The notes below the pieces were generated by a model that did not search any database, was not told the origin of the DNA, and worked only from the letters and a program-made list of their open reading frames with translations. The translations under genes and the position numbers were made by a program. From Bacteroidales bacterium (GTDB taxonomy: Bacteria; Bacteroidota; Bacteroidia; Bacteroidales; WCHB1-69), in assembly GCA_038210985.1 (NCBI GenBank), contig JBBQWB010000001.1:41518-105517 (forward strand): DNA of 64,000 nucleotides. Reading direction: 5' to 3'. The stretch's first letter is position 1. Every line of letters begins with the position of its first letter. Below, piece by piece: positions 19,041 to 29,105 of this stretch.

Positions 19041-19130
19041 CCCGATTAATATTTTGTTGAATTTCAACGCCTTTCATCTTTATGCTTAGTGTCTAAAATA
19101 GCGTTGAAAACTTACAAAATCTAAATCGGG
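19041..19130. repeat. 90-nt imperfect inverted repeat / long hairpin in convergent intergenic region
   Basis: 30-nt arms (19041-19070 and 19101-19130) pair at 23 Watson-Crick plus 1 G-U of 30 positions, with a 30-nt loop. Ends are CCCGATT / AATCGGG. Confidence 0.6.
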
Positions 19131-19185
19131 ACTGCGAAAAATCTTAATCACCTCAAAAAATCTAATTTTTAGAAGCCCCCTATTA

Positions 19186-19815
19186 TTAATTCAAACCTTC
19201 GCTTATTGTTTTAAAGATATATCCTTTTGATTGACAAAAATCGATAAATAGAGGCAAGGCATAAAGTAAGTTTTTTTGAGATTTAATATTATCATGAAAA
19301 ACTACAATGTTGCCAGGTTTAACTTCTAAACTCAGCGATAAACACTCTTCGGGACTAACGTTTTTGTCAAAATCGTAGGTTAAAATCGACCACATAATTA
19401 TCTTGAATCTTTTTTTTAAACAATTTGCTTGACCTAATGATGTTTTTCCATAAGGTGGTCGAAAGAGTTTTGTTTTAATTAGCTTAGAAGCTTTGAGTAC
19501 ATTTTTTAAATAAGAAATAGTGGATGAATCCCAGCCTTTTAAGTGGTTGTATGTGTGATTGCCAACTTCATGTCCGGCATTTATTATTTGTTGATATAAC
19601 TCAGGTTGTTTAATAATATTTTCACCAACAATAAAAAAGCTAGCTTTAATATTTTTTTCAGTTAAAATATTCAGAATTTTTTGAGTTAATTCCTGAGTTG
19701 GACCGTCATCAAAAGTTAAATAGATAGCATTATCAATTGGAGATAATTTCCAAATAAAATAGTTTGGCAAAAAATATTTTGCATATTTAGACGAGCCAGC
19801 AAGCAAAGGTTTCAA
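19186..19815 (-). CDS. Polysaccharide deacetylase (CE4 / NodB-type)
   Basis: NodB motifs LTFDDGP and GNHTYNH. Confidence 0.85.
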   Translation of the reverse strand: MKPLLAGSSKYAKYFLPNYFIWKLSPIDNAIYLTFDDGPTQELTQKILNILTEKNIKASFFIVGENIIKQPELYQQIINAGHEVGNHTYNHLKGWDSSTISYLKNVLKASKLIKTKLFRPPYGKTSLGQANCLKKRFKIIMWSILTYDFDKNVSPEECLSLSLEVKPGNIVVFHDNIKSQKNLLYALPLFIDFCQSKGYIFKTISEGLN

Positions 19816-19824
19816 ATCAAAAAC

Positions 19825-22800
19825 TTATCTGGTTTTACCTTTGTTTAGATTCCATTCCGAATAACTCATCTCAAATATAGAATCTGCCTGTTTTTTAATA
19901 GCAACGGCTTTGTAGGTTTCGGCTATTTGAGACAAACGTTGAAGGATTCCTAAGTTTTGTTGAATTTCACGATCCACCATTGAAGCAAAATTTCCTTTAA
20001 ATTTAAAATAATAGGTTAACTCTGTATCGCAAATTTTGATTAAAGTTTCCATTATTTTTTGTCCTTTAGCAATTGCAGCAGGTGTACCAATTCGATAATA
20101 AGCTTCGGCAAAAGGTAAATTAAAGTAATTATATGGTACTAAATTGTTAGGCATTGTCTCTTCTGCTCTATCCAAAACTTTTAATGCCGAATCCATTTTG
20201 TTTTCGGTAACTAAGGTATTAGCTAATCTTCCAAAAATAGTTCGAATGGTCATAGTTAATCTAATATTGTCTTCGCTTAAATAAACTCTTGAATCGTTTA
20301 ATCCGCCCCAAGTAAATTTATTCATTACATTATTGTAAAGAATATCGGTGTTTATTCTGCCTAAAGACAAATCTTCGCCAGGGACATCGTTTTTAATTGG
20401 AACTAATCGGTAAGCCAATCCTTCGAGTTGGAAATATTTTTCCAATCCAAAATATGCATCATTTCCAGTAGTTACAGCAAAATAAACAGGTCTATCCCAG
20501 TTAAAATTAGCCAAAATATCCATCATGGCAATCATGTTTTTTTGCAGAATGCCATCGGAAATTTCCCATTCAATATTTTTTACAATTAAGTTTGCCTGAT
20601 TTGCTGAAACAGTGCCATTTTTAATAACTTTTGCCGAATCGACAGGTAAAATAAATTTATTGGTAGGAATAAAATTCATTTCCTTTTGGTTGCTAAAACG
20701 TACTCGTTTTGAATCGGTTAAGATGTCGTTTACGACAAGTTTAATATTCATGTAGCTGTCACCTTGAGGTATTACATACATGTAGTCGCGAGTTCCTTGT
20801 TTGTACAAATCTTTGGTCATTTGCATTGGAAGTGGAGCCGAATTGTATGCTTTGCGTTTCATTTGGTCGATGTACCAATCGGTATTTAAAAGGCTTAAAT
20901 TACAAACTCTTACATCGGTTCTAACGCCTTCAACCTCTTGTGCGTACCACAAAGGGAATGTGTCGTTATCGCCATTTGTAAAAATAATTGCATTTGGTTC
21001 ACACGAATTAAGATAGTTCGAAGCAATTGCCAAAACGGTATAACGATTGGAGCGATTGTGGTCGTCCCAATTTTGATTTGCCATTAATGCAGGAACCAAA
21101 ATTAGTGTAAGAACTACACTCGAAATTGCGGTTACTGTTGGGTTAATATATTTTTTCAACAAATCATAAATGGCATAAGTGCCGAATCCAATCCACATTG
21201 CAAACGCATAAAACGAGGCAGCGAAAGCATAATCTCGCTCACGAGGTTGATATGCGTACATATTCAGATATACTGTAATTGCAAGTCCTGTCATAAAAAA
21301 TAAAAGGGTAACAACCACCGCATCTTTTGAATGTCGATAGTAATGAAAAAACAGACCGATTAAACCCAAAAGGAGTGGTAAGAAAAAGTAAGTGTTTCTA
21401 CCTTTACTTTTCAAACTATCTGGAATATTCTTTTGAGGGCCGACTCTCATTTCATCAATAAAATCAATACCACTAATCCAGCTTCCGTTTAAGATATCGC
21501 CGTATCCTTGCTGATCATTTTGACGACCCGCAAAATTCCACATAAAATATCTCAAGTACATGTACCCAATTTGATAATCTTTAAAAAACTTGAGATTTTG
21601 CCCCATAGTGGGGATTATACGATTGTTTGGATCGTTTTTTATACCAGCCCAATCTTTATAATATGTTGCATGCTGGCTTTGTTGGTTGCTCCACATTCGA
21701 GGGAAAATAGTACAATATCGAGGATCGTATTTTGGAATCGAAGATTTTCTATCATCCGAAACAACATATTTTCCTGTTTTTTTATCTTTTACATAAAATG
21801 GATTTCCGTCATCAAAACCTACTGCTTGAGCATTGTAATACTGACCCGAAAAGAGTGGTGTAGATCCATATTGCTCACGATTTAAGTATGCCAACAATCC
21901 TACTGCATCTTCGGGATTGTTTTCATCAATTGGAGTATTTGCATTTGAACGAATGATAAGAACAGCAAAGGTTGAATATCCAATTAAAATAAATGAAAAC
22001 GCTAAGATAATTGTATTCCAAACTGGTTGTAATTTCTTTTTAGTATAATATAAACCGAAGATTATACCACCAATTATCAACGAAAAATAGAATATAGTAC
22101 CACTGTTAAATGGAAGTCCTAATGTGTTTACAAAGGTTATTTCAAAGAAACCCGAAAGTTTAACAATCCAAGGAATAATTCCAAACAGGATTCCAGCAAG
22201 AATTACAATACTTAATAAGAAAGCCAAAATTCCACCTTTCCATGTAGGAGTATGGTTTTTGAAATAATATACAAAAACAATAGCTGGAACAGTAAGAAGA
22301 TTTAGTAAGTGGACACCAATTGAAAGCCCAATCATATATGCAATAAGGACTAGCCACCTCAAGGAGTCTTTTTCATCGCCAACTTGTTCCCACTTAAGAA
22401 TCATCCAAAAAACTAAAGCCGTAAAGAATGATGACATTGCATAAACTTCACCTTCGACCGCCGAAAACCAAAAAGTGTCCGAAAAAGTATAAGCTAACGA
22501 ACCAACTAAAGCACTGCCTAGAATTGCAATTGTTTTATGAGTACTAAGAACTTTGTCTTTTAAAAGGGCTAATTTTTCAATCAGCATAGTTAACGACCAA
22601 AACATTAACGCAATTGTCATTCCCGAAAATAGAGCAGACATAACATTAACATACCAAGCAACTTTGGTAACATCATTACCAGCTAGCAAGGAAAACATTT
22701 TGCCAATTAACTGGAAAGTAGGAGCACCTGGTGGGTGACCAACTTGAAGTTTATAGGCAGTAGCAATGTATTCGCCACAATCCCAAAAACTTGCAGTAGG

Positions 22801-22884
22801 CTCAGCAGTCATAATGTAAACAGCCGAAGCAAAAATAAAGACCAACCATCCAAGAGTATTATTAAGTAGTTTGTAATTCTTCAT
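19825..22884 (-). CDS. Large polytopic membrane protein, DUF2723 / dolichyl-phosphate-mannose-type glycosyltransferase-like
   Basis: 1019 aa. N-terminal ~550 aa carry many TM segments; the N-terminus AEPTASFWDCGEYIATAYKLQVGHPPGAP is typical of DUF2723. Large soluble C-terminal domain. Confidence 0.65.
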   Translation of the reverse strand: MKNYKLLNNTLGWLVFIFASAVYIMTAEPTASFWDCGEYIATAYKLQVGHPPGAPTFQLIGKMFSLLAGNDVTKVAWYVNVMSALFSGMTIALMFWSLTMLIEKLALLKDKVLSTHKTIAILGSALVGSLAYTFSDTFWFSAVEGEVYAMSSFFTALVFWMILKWEQVGDEKDSLRWLVLIAYMIGLSIGVHLLNLLTVPAIVFVYYFKNHTPTWKGGILAFLLSIVILAGILFGIIPWIVKLSGFFEITFVNTLGLPFNSGTIFYFSLIIGGIIFGLYYTKKKLQPVWNTIILAFSFILIGYSTFAVLIIRSNANTPIDENNPEDAVGLLAYLNREQYGSTPLFSGQYYNAQAVGFDDGNPFYVKDKKTGKYVVSDDRKSSIPKYDPRYCTIFPRMWSNQQSQHATYYKDWAGIKNDPNNRIIPTMGQNLKFFKDYQIGYMYLRYFMWNFAGRQNDQQGYGDILNGSWISGIDFIDEMRVGPQKNIPDSLKSKGRNTYFFLPLLLGLIGLFFHYYRHSKDAVVVTLLFFMTGLAITVYLNMYAYQPRERDYAFAASFYAFAMWIGFGTYAIYDLLKKYINPTVTAISSVVLTLILVPALMANQNWDDHNRSNRYTVLAIASNYLNSCEPNAIIFTNGDNDTFPLWYAQEVEGVRTDVRVCNLSLLNTDWYIDQMKRKAYNSAPLPMQMTKDLYKQGTRDYMYVIPQGDSYMNIKLVVNDILTDSKRVRFSNQKEMNFIPTNKFILPVDSAKVIKNGTVSANQANLIVKNIEWEISDGILQKNMIAMMDILANFNWDRPVYFAVTTGNDAYFGLEKYFQLEGLAYRLVPIKNDVPGEDLSLGRINTDILYNNVMNKFTWGGLNDSRVYLSEDNIRLTMTIRTIFGRLANTLVTENKMDSALKVLDRAEETMPNNLVPYNYFNLPFAEAYYRIGTPAAIAKGQKIMETLIKICDTELTYYFKFKGNFASMVDREIQQNLGILQRLSQIAETYKAVAIKKQADSIFEMSYSEWNLNKGKTR

Positions 22885-22895
22885 AATAGTTTTTT

Positions 22896-23921
22896 TTATG
22901 AAATAAATGAATTAAATTGTGATAAAAATCTGATGTCATTTTCAAAAAACATGCGAATATCTTTTGTTTTATATAATTGTTGAGTAATTCGTTCGATGCC
23001 AAGACCAAATGCAAATCCTGAATATATTTTGCTATCAATTCCGCAATTTTCCAGAACATTAGGATCCACCATTCCGCAGCCTAAAATTTCGACCCAACCC
23101 GAATATTTACAAAGGTTACAACCTTTGCCACCGCAGATATCGCAACTTATGTCCATTTCGGCGGAAGGTTCGGTAAAAGGAAAATAGGAAGGGCGAAGGC
23201 GTACTTGAGTTTTTTCGCCAAATAATTCCTTGGCAAAATAATATAATGTTTGTTTTAAATCGGCAAACGAAACATTTTTATCGATGTATAAACCTTCTAC
23301 TTGGTGAAAAATACAATGAGCACGAGCAGTAATCGATTCGTTACGAAAAACTCTACCAGCACAAATTGTACGGATTGGAGGTTTTGTAGTTTCCATAATT
23401 CGAACTTGAATAGACGAAGTGTGTGTGCGAAGGGCAATGTCGGGGTCTTTTTCGACAAAAAAAGTATCTTGCATATCGCGAGCAGGGTGGTCTTTTGGGA
23501 AATTTAATGCGGTAAAATTATGCCAATCATCTTCAATTTCGGGACCGTGCGAAACAGTAAAACCTATTCGTTCAAATATTTTATAAATTTTATTCGTAAC
23601 TATCGAAAGAGGGTGTCGTCCTCCAGAATGAACAAAATTTGTTGGCAATGTACAATCAATTTCCGACACATTATCGAATAATTCGTTTTCGAATTTTTCA
23701 GTATATTGGTCAATTTTTGATTGAGCTTCATCTTTTAACTTATTTATCCAAAGTCCAAAATCTTTTCTCGATTCGGCTGGAATATCTTTTATGCCAGCAA
23801 AAAGAGCAGTAATTTCACCTTTTTTGCTTAAAAATTGAATTCTAAATGCCTCAATGTCGGCTTTGTTGCTTGGTGTAAATTCTTGAATTTGCTTAAATAA
23901 TTTTTGTATTTGTTCGTTCAT
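22896..23921 (-). CDS. pheS: Phenylalanine--tRNA ligase alpha subunit
   Basis: Class II aaRS motifs (HPARDMQDTFF, FRNE, GFAFGLGIERI). 341 aa. Confidence 0.95.
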   Translation of the reverse strand: MNEQIQKLFKQIQEFTPSNKADIEAFRIQFLSKKGEITALFAGIKDIPAESRKDFGLWINKLKDEAQSKIDQYTEKFENELFDNVSEIDCTLPTNFVHSGGRHPLSIVTNKIYKIFERIGFTVSHGPEIEDDWHNFTALNFPKDHPARDMQDTFFVEKDPDIALRTHTSSIQVRIMETTKPPIRTICAGRVFRNESITARAHCIFHQVEGLYIDKNVSFADLKQTLYYFAKELFGEKTQVRLRPSYFPFTEPSAEMDISCDICGGKGCNLCKYSGWVEILGCGMVDPNVLENCGIDSKIYSGFAFGLGIERITQQLYKTKDIRMFFENDIRFLSQFNSFIS

Positions 23922-23936
23922 TTGGAACCTAAATTA

Positions 23937-24614
23937 TTATTTTATGATTGTAACGGAGATAATTTTTATGTCTTCAATAGGACGATTGTTATTGTCGCAT
24001 TTCACTTCAGAAATTTTATCAACTACATCTAGTCCCGAAATAACTTCTCCGAAAATTGTATAAGAACCATCTAAATGAGGTGTGCCTCCTAATGTTTTAT
24101 ATACACTCCTTTGTTCTTTAGTGAATTTCATCTTCATTTGCGACTCATACCTGTCAAGTTCTTCATCGGTGAATTTTTTACCTTGTACAATATAAAATTG
24201 AGATCCACTTGATTCGCGTTTTGGATTTACATTGTCGCCAGTACGAGCAGCAGCTAAAGCCCCTTTTTTATGAATATATTTTGGAACAATCTCGGCTGGA
24301 ATTGTGTAATTTGGTCCACCATTTCCTAAAATCGCACCAGAAGCAGCGGTTTTTGAGTCAGGATCGCCTGTTTGAACCATAAATCCTTTTATAACTCTGT
24401 GAAATAATATTCCGTCAAAATAGTTTTCTTTAACTAATTTAATAAAATTATCTCGATGTTGTGGGGTTTCGTTGTACAATTTTATTTTAATATCACCTTT
24501 TGAGGTACTTATTAATATAGAAACCTCTTTTTGTGTGTTGTTTGATGTCTGTGAAAATAGACCAAAAGAAATAAAAAATAACATTATAAATGTCAAATAA
24601 TTTTTTTTTCTCAT
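23937..24614 (-). CDS. Secreted peptidyl-prolyl cis-trans isomerase (cyclophilin type)
   Basis: Cyclophilin motifs FHRVIKGFMVQTGDP and SQFYIV. The start at ATG 24614 (MRKKNYLTFIMLFF...) gives a signal peptide; the listed ORF extends to 24671. Confidence 0.88.
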   Translation of the reverse strand: MRKKNYLTFIMLFFISFGLFSQTSNNTQKEVSILISTSKGDIKIKLYNETPQHRDNFIKLVKENYFDGILFHRVIKGFMVQTGDPDSKTAASGAILGNGGPNYTIPAEIVPKYIHKKGALAAARTGDNVNPKRESSGSQFYIVQGKKFTDEELDRYESQMKMKFTKEQRSVYKTLGGTPHLDGSYTIFGEVISGLDVVDKISEVKCDNNNRPIEDIKIISVTIIK

Positions 24615-24749
24615 ACTATTCAAAATTTTATTTATATTTGCTCTGTAATTAATTTCGATTTTAATTTGCAATACTACAAAAAAATACCCAATGTTGTAAC
24701 CATTAATATCGTCTGATAGTATAATAAATGTTTTAATAAAACTTAAATT

Positions 24750-25118
24750 ATGAAAAAAACAATCATTCTTGTTGCTTTAGGTCTGACAGTTACCGCTTTA
24801 CTAATGATTGCAAGCGGTTGCAAAAAAGACACAGAATGTAAGTTAGTTGTAACTGTAAAATACCTTAGCGATACAAATATTATTGTTCCTCAGTGTAGTG
24901 TAATGGTGAAAAAATATGATGTTGAAGAATTTGGATTTACTAATTCTGCAGGACAATTTACCACAACATTTAAACACGAAGCTATTTTAGATATTTTTGC
25001 TCAGAAAGACACCAGTACCGACCCATTAATAATTAGCCTAATAAAGGGCACAGGTGCTGTTCGTCTAGTACCTGGTCAAACGGTTCACAAAAGCGTGTTT
25101 ATTACAGCTCAACCTTGA
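24750..25118 (+). CDS. Small lipoprotein, unknown function
   Basis: Lipobox LMIASGC. 122 aa, beta-rich. Confidence 0.5.
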   Translation: MKKTIILVALGLTVTALLMIASGCKKDTECKLVVTVKYLSDTNIIVPQCSVMVKKYDVEEFGFTNSAGQFTTTFKHEAILDIFAQKDTSTDPLIISLIKGTGAVRLVPGQTVHKSVFITAQP

Positions 25119-25144
25119 TGTTGGAATAATAGATAAATACTACT

Positions 25145-25169
25145 AAAGCCTGTTCTCGGGCTTTTTTTT
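25145..25169 (+). terminator. Rho-independent terminator
   Basis: AAAGCC / loop / GGCTTT stem followed by a T-run of 8. Confidence 0.65.
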
Positions 25170-25305
25170 ATTACTGCGTATTTCAAATTTATTACAATAT
25201 ATATTATACACATCGAACGAACAAATTACTTATTCATACAATCTTTTTGCAAAATCCCAAAATAATTTTTATCCTAAACAAATTAGATTGTTTGAAAAAA
25301 AATTT

Positions 25306-25313
25306 TAAATTTG
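25306..25313 (+). promoter_or_regulatory. Candidate -7 promoter box (TAAATTTG)
   Basis: TAnnTTTG match 34 nt upstream of ATG 25348. Confidence 0.35.
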
Positions 25314-25347
25314 CAACAATTAGATTATTAAACAAATATTAACTATT

Positions 25348-28300
25348 ATGAAAAAAATTTATGGCTTATTTTTGATTTCAAGTTTGTTTTTTATACAATC
25401 GATAAATGCTCAAAATCAAGTAATTTATGGTTGGACCTTTGATGATTTACAAGTTGCGGATCAAACGTTAAAAATAATTCCATCAAACTATGGCATTGCT
25501 TCGGGTGTAGCAAATATTTATGCAAATGGAACAAATGGATCTTCGGATTTTACATGTTCAGTTGTGGATCCTGAATGGACAGCATTTGCTGGAACCACTC
25601 TTAACGACCCCCGAACTACACCAATTGCTGGAAATGCATTAACTATTGCAAACCAAAGTGCAAATGGACAAAGTGTAATTTTTAAATTTTCAATGACAGG
25701 TTATCAAAATGCTATTTTCACTTTTTCGACACGTGGAACAACGGAAGGATTTAATTCTCACCAATGGGCATGGAGTGTTGATGGAACAAGTTTTACAAAT
25801 TTTGGCGATAATACAGCCCGAACCGAAACTACTTTTGAAACCGACACATTGCTTCTTTCTGCAATAACAGAAATAAATAATGCAGCAACCGTGTATTTAA
25901 AGCTTACTATTAGTGGAGCAACCTCAATTACTGGAAATAATAGAATTGACAATGTTTTAATTAAAGCGGAAACTTTTTATGATTTAGAAGTATTGCAAGT
26001 TACTTCGCCTTTAAATTCTACTTGTGGTTCGATGAATAGTAATGTTGCAGTTAAAATTAAAAATCATAGTCCAGCTGTTGTAAATAATTTTCCAGTATAT
26101 GCAAAGATTACTTTTCCAAATCTCAGTACTCAGCTTATAGAACATCAAATTACTTCAATAGCCGCTAATGCCGAATTAACACAATCAATCGGAACGATTA
26201 ATACAACGTCTCCTGGAACTTATCATGTTAAAGCATTTACATCCTACAGCGAGGATTCAAATTTAAATAATGATACTTTAAATTATAGCTTTGTTATTGC
26301 AGATATTCACGCTAATCCATTTATTGACTCTCTTAATAATGTTGCCGAAGATTTATTTTGGACATTAAATGGATTTTCGTTTGCCGAAGTTGCAACGCAA
26401 GGCAATATTAGTCGTATGCTTTCAGCTTCGCTAAATTCAGTGGATACTTTGGCTAGTTTTTCTATCCTTAATACTATTGATACTTTGAAATTTCACAATC
26501 ATTTAATTTTTGATTATAGGTTAATACAGCCCACAACTTTTGATAATTACAGCATTTTAAGTGGCGACAGTTTAAATGTTTTTCTAAGTTCAGATTGTGG
26601 AAATTCTTTTGTTAGGATTAAATCCATAAACCTAACAAATCATATAAATTCATCTGATTTTTATCATATGGCAATTCCATTAAATGCATATGTTGGGAAT
26701 AAAATAATGATTAAAATTGAGTCGAAAACGGCAACAGGTAATTTTATTTCACAAATTGATAATATTGAAGTTCGTAATGGAGATTTATGGGACATGGGCG
26801 TAATATATAAAATATTGCCAGTTAATACTCCATGTGGGCTTTTAACCGACACTATTAGAGCTTTATATAAAAATACAGGAGATGGTTATTTGAACAATGT
26901 TCCTGTATCTGTTCAAATATCCAGACCATATAATCCTCCGTTTGTAACGTATAATGATACCATTCGCCAGTTGATAGTGCCAGGACAAGAAGTTGTTTTT
27001 ACGTTTAGTCAGACAATAAATACTACTGTGGCTGGAAAATATACTTTTTTGATTCGATCATTAGTTCTAAACGACACTGTTGCGACTTTAGGGTATAATA
27101 TCAACAATATATTAATTGATAGTGTTAGAACAATTGCTGCTTTGCCTGTGCCTTTTTATGAAGGATTTGCAAACACAAGCTATCTTAATAATTTTAATAC
27201 AAACGCCAGTTATGATGCAGTGAATAAAAAAATGTTTAAGACATTTACAACTGAAAATACTACGGGTAATATAACAACATCCAGAAGAATAGGTACTATT
27301 ACTGCCAGCCATCAATTGTTTTTTGATTATTCATTTACACAAAATGATGGAACTGCTATACCAATGGGTGCAAACGATTCAATTGTAGTATTGGCTTCGA
27401 CGGATTGTGGAAGTACATTTGTTCCATTTCATGTTATTAAAACCAGCAACCATTCGCCAAGTCCGGCAACTACAACAGTTCCAGTTGCATTGAGTGCTTT
27501 TGTAAATCAAAATATTATTTTAAAATTTAATATGGTTTCAAATACAAACAACAGCAAGATTATTTTGGACGAAATAATAATTGATGGGCTACCTCAAATA
27601 AATATTTTAGGAGATACATTGGTTACAACATGCTTAGGAGATACTCAAAATATTATCGTAAATGGTGCAACTTATTACAACTATGAATGGAGAAATACAA
27701 GCAATCCAAGTATCATTATTGGAACTACTCAAACAATAGATGTTACACAAAGTGGCTACTACAAAGTTGTAGCAACTAATAATGTTGGAATGACAGCTAC
27801 GGATTCTGTTCATGTAGTTTTTCAGGCATTACCTACTGTTTCATTTGAATTACCACTTGCAAGTACATCCTTGTGTCCAAATGGTTCATACATTATTTTA
27901 ACGGGTCATAGTCCTTCGGGTGGATCTTTTTCGGGCACAGGAGTTTCGGTAAATAGATTTTATCCACAAACTGCTGGAATTGGTCAACATATTATTAATT
28001 ATACGGTTACATCCAATGGATGTACAAATTATGCAAGCGATACCATTGTTGTAAACCCACTAACAACAGTAAGTCTTACAGGATTATCAGATTTGTGTTT
28101 AAACAGTGCTTCTGTCAATTTAACGCAAGGCACGCCTGTGGGTGGAACTTATAGTGGAATTGGAGTTTCGGGAACAACGTTTAATCCTCAAACAGCAGGA
28201 GTAAACACGCACATTATTACTTATTCTTTTACCGATGAACATCAATGTACTTATACAAGTTCAGACACACTAGTTGTGAAACCACTGCCAAATGCTTTTG

Positions 28301-29007
28301 CCGGAAACAATACTTCGATTTGCAAAGGAAATCATTTAACGCTAGTTGCAAGTGGAGGTGATTCGTTTGTATGGAATACCCAAGAAGAAAGCAATTCTAT
28401 TTTGGTTGGTCCAACAGTAACAACTATATATGTTGTAACGGTTACTGGCTTAAACGGATGTACAAAAAGCGATAGTGTTACCGTTACTGTAAACGAGTAT
28501 CCTGTTGCTTCACTTAACTTGCCATTTGATACAGTTTGTCTTCAAACAACCGCTTTTCAATTAAGTGGAGGCTCGGGCAATCCTTCTGGAGGAACAGGAA
28601 GCTATTCTGGACCTGGAGTTAGTGGTACTTGGTTTAATCCAGCCATAGGACTTGGAACCTATACAATACGTTACACATATTCTTTAAATGGTTGCGATTC
28701 GGCAACAACTCAGCCCATTACGGTAGTTAATTGTACTGGAGTGGAAGAGTTTAATGCAGATGCGATAATGTTTGTTAAACCGAATCCAGTTCAAGATATG
28801 TTAACACTAACTCTTTCGGAAAATATAAAAGGAGATATCGTAATAATAGTTACCGATTTTATTGGTAGAAAGATTATGGAACAAAGCATTGAGATAAACC
28901 CAAATAATCCCATCCAAATACAAACTTCATCGTGGAATTCGGGTGCATATTTAGTGCATGTTTTTTATAATAAACGACGTTATACTCAAAAAGTAATGAA
29001 GATGTAG
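25348..29007 (+). CDS. Giant secreted multi-domain surface protein with T9SS C-terminal sorting domain
   Basis: Signal peptide. Internally repeated modules (see findings). C-terminal Por tail (FVKPNPVQDMLTLTL...GAYLVHVFY...). Confidence 0.8.
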   Translation: MKKIYGLFLISSLFFIQSINAQNQVIYGWTFDDLQVADQTLKIIPSNYGIASGVANIYANGTNGSSDFTCSVVDPEWTAFAGTTLNDPRTTPIAGNALTIANQSANGQSVIFKFSMTGYQNAIFTFSTRGTTEGFNSHQWAWSVDGTSFTNFGDNTARTETTFETDTLLLSAITEINNAATVYLKLTISGATSITGNNRIDNVLIKAETFYDLEVLQVTSPLNSTCGSMNSNVAVKIKNHSPAVVNNFPVYAKITFPNLSTQLIEHQITSIAANAELTQSIGTINTTSPGTYHVKAFTSYSEDSNLNNDTLNYSFVIADIHANPFIDSLNNVAEDLFWTLNGFSFAEVATQGNISRMLSASLNSVDTLASFSILNTIDTLKFHNHLIFDYRLIQPTTFDNYSILSGDSLNVFLSSDCGNSFVRIKSINLTNHINSSDFYHMAIPLNAYVGNKIMIKIESKTATGNFISQIDNIEVRNGDLWDMGVIYKILPVNTPCGLLTDTIRALYKNTGDGYLNNVPVSVQISRPYNPPFVTYNDTIRQLIVPGQEVVFTFSQTINTTVAGKYTFLIRSLVLNDTVATLGYNINNILIDSVRTIAALPVPFYEGFANTSYLNNFNTNASYDAVNKKMFKTFTTENTTGNITTSRRIGTITASHQLFFDYSFTQNDGTAIPMGANDSIVVLASTDCGSTFVPFHVIKTSNHSPSPATTTVPVALSAFVNQNIILKFNMVSNTNNSKIILDEIIIDGLPQINILGDTLVTTCLGDTQNIIVNGATYYNYEWRNTSNPSIIIGTTQTIDVTQSGYYKVVATNNVGMTATDSVHVVFQALPTVSFELPLASTSLCPNGSYIILTGHSPSGGSFSGTGVSVNRFYPQTAGIGQHIINYTVTSNGCTNYASDTIVVNPLTTVSLTGLSDLCLNSASVNLTQGTPVGGTYSGIGVSGTTFNPQTAGVNTHIITYSFTDEHQCTYTSSDTLVVKPLPNAFAGNNTSICKGNHLTLVASGGDSFVWNTQEESNSILVGPTVTTIYVVTVTGLNGCTKSDSVTVTVNEYPVASLNLPFDTVCLQTTAFQLSGGSGNPSGGTGSYSGPGVSGTWFNPAIGLGTYTIRYTYSLNGCDSATTQPITVVNCTGVEEFNADAIMFVKPNPVQDMLTLTLSENIKGDIVIIVTDFIGRKIMEQSIEINPNNPIQIQTSSWNSGAYLVHVFYNKRRYTQKVMKM

Positions 29008-29065
29008 TTTTGTGTTTGCAAGAAAAACGCCAACTTCGTTTTTCAGATATTAATGTTAGTTTTCT

Positions 29066-29105
29066 AAATCGGGCAAAAAACAATGTTTTTTGCCCGATTT
29101 TTTTT
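29066..29105 (+). terminator. Rho-independent terminator
   Basis: AAATCGGGCAAAAAAC / AATG / TTTTTTGCCCGATTT followed by a T-run. A weaker hairpin, GAAAAACG..CGTTTTTC, lies at 29021-29043. Confidence 0.8.

Noticed and set aside
22862-23059. 65-aa minus-strand ORF bridging the pheS 3' end and the DUF2723 gene start
   Set aside because: It is out of frame with, and overlaps, two strongly supported genes.
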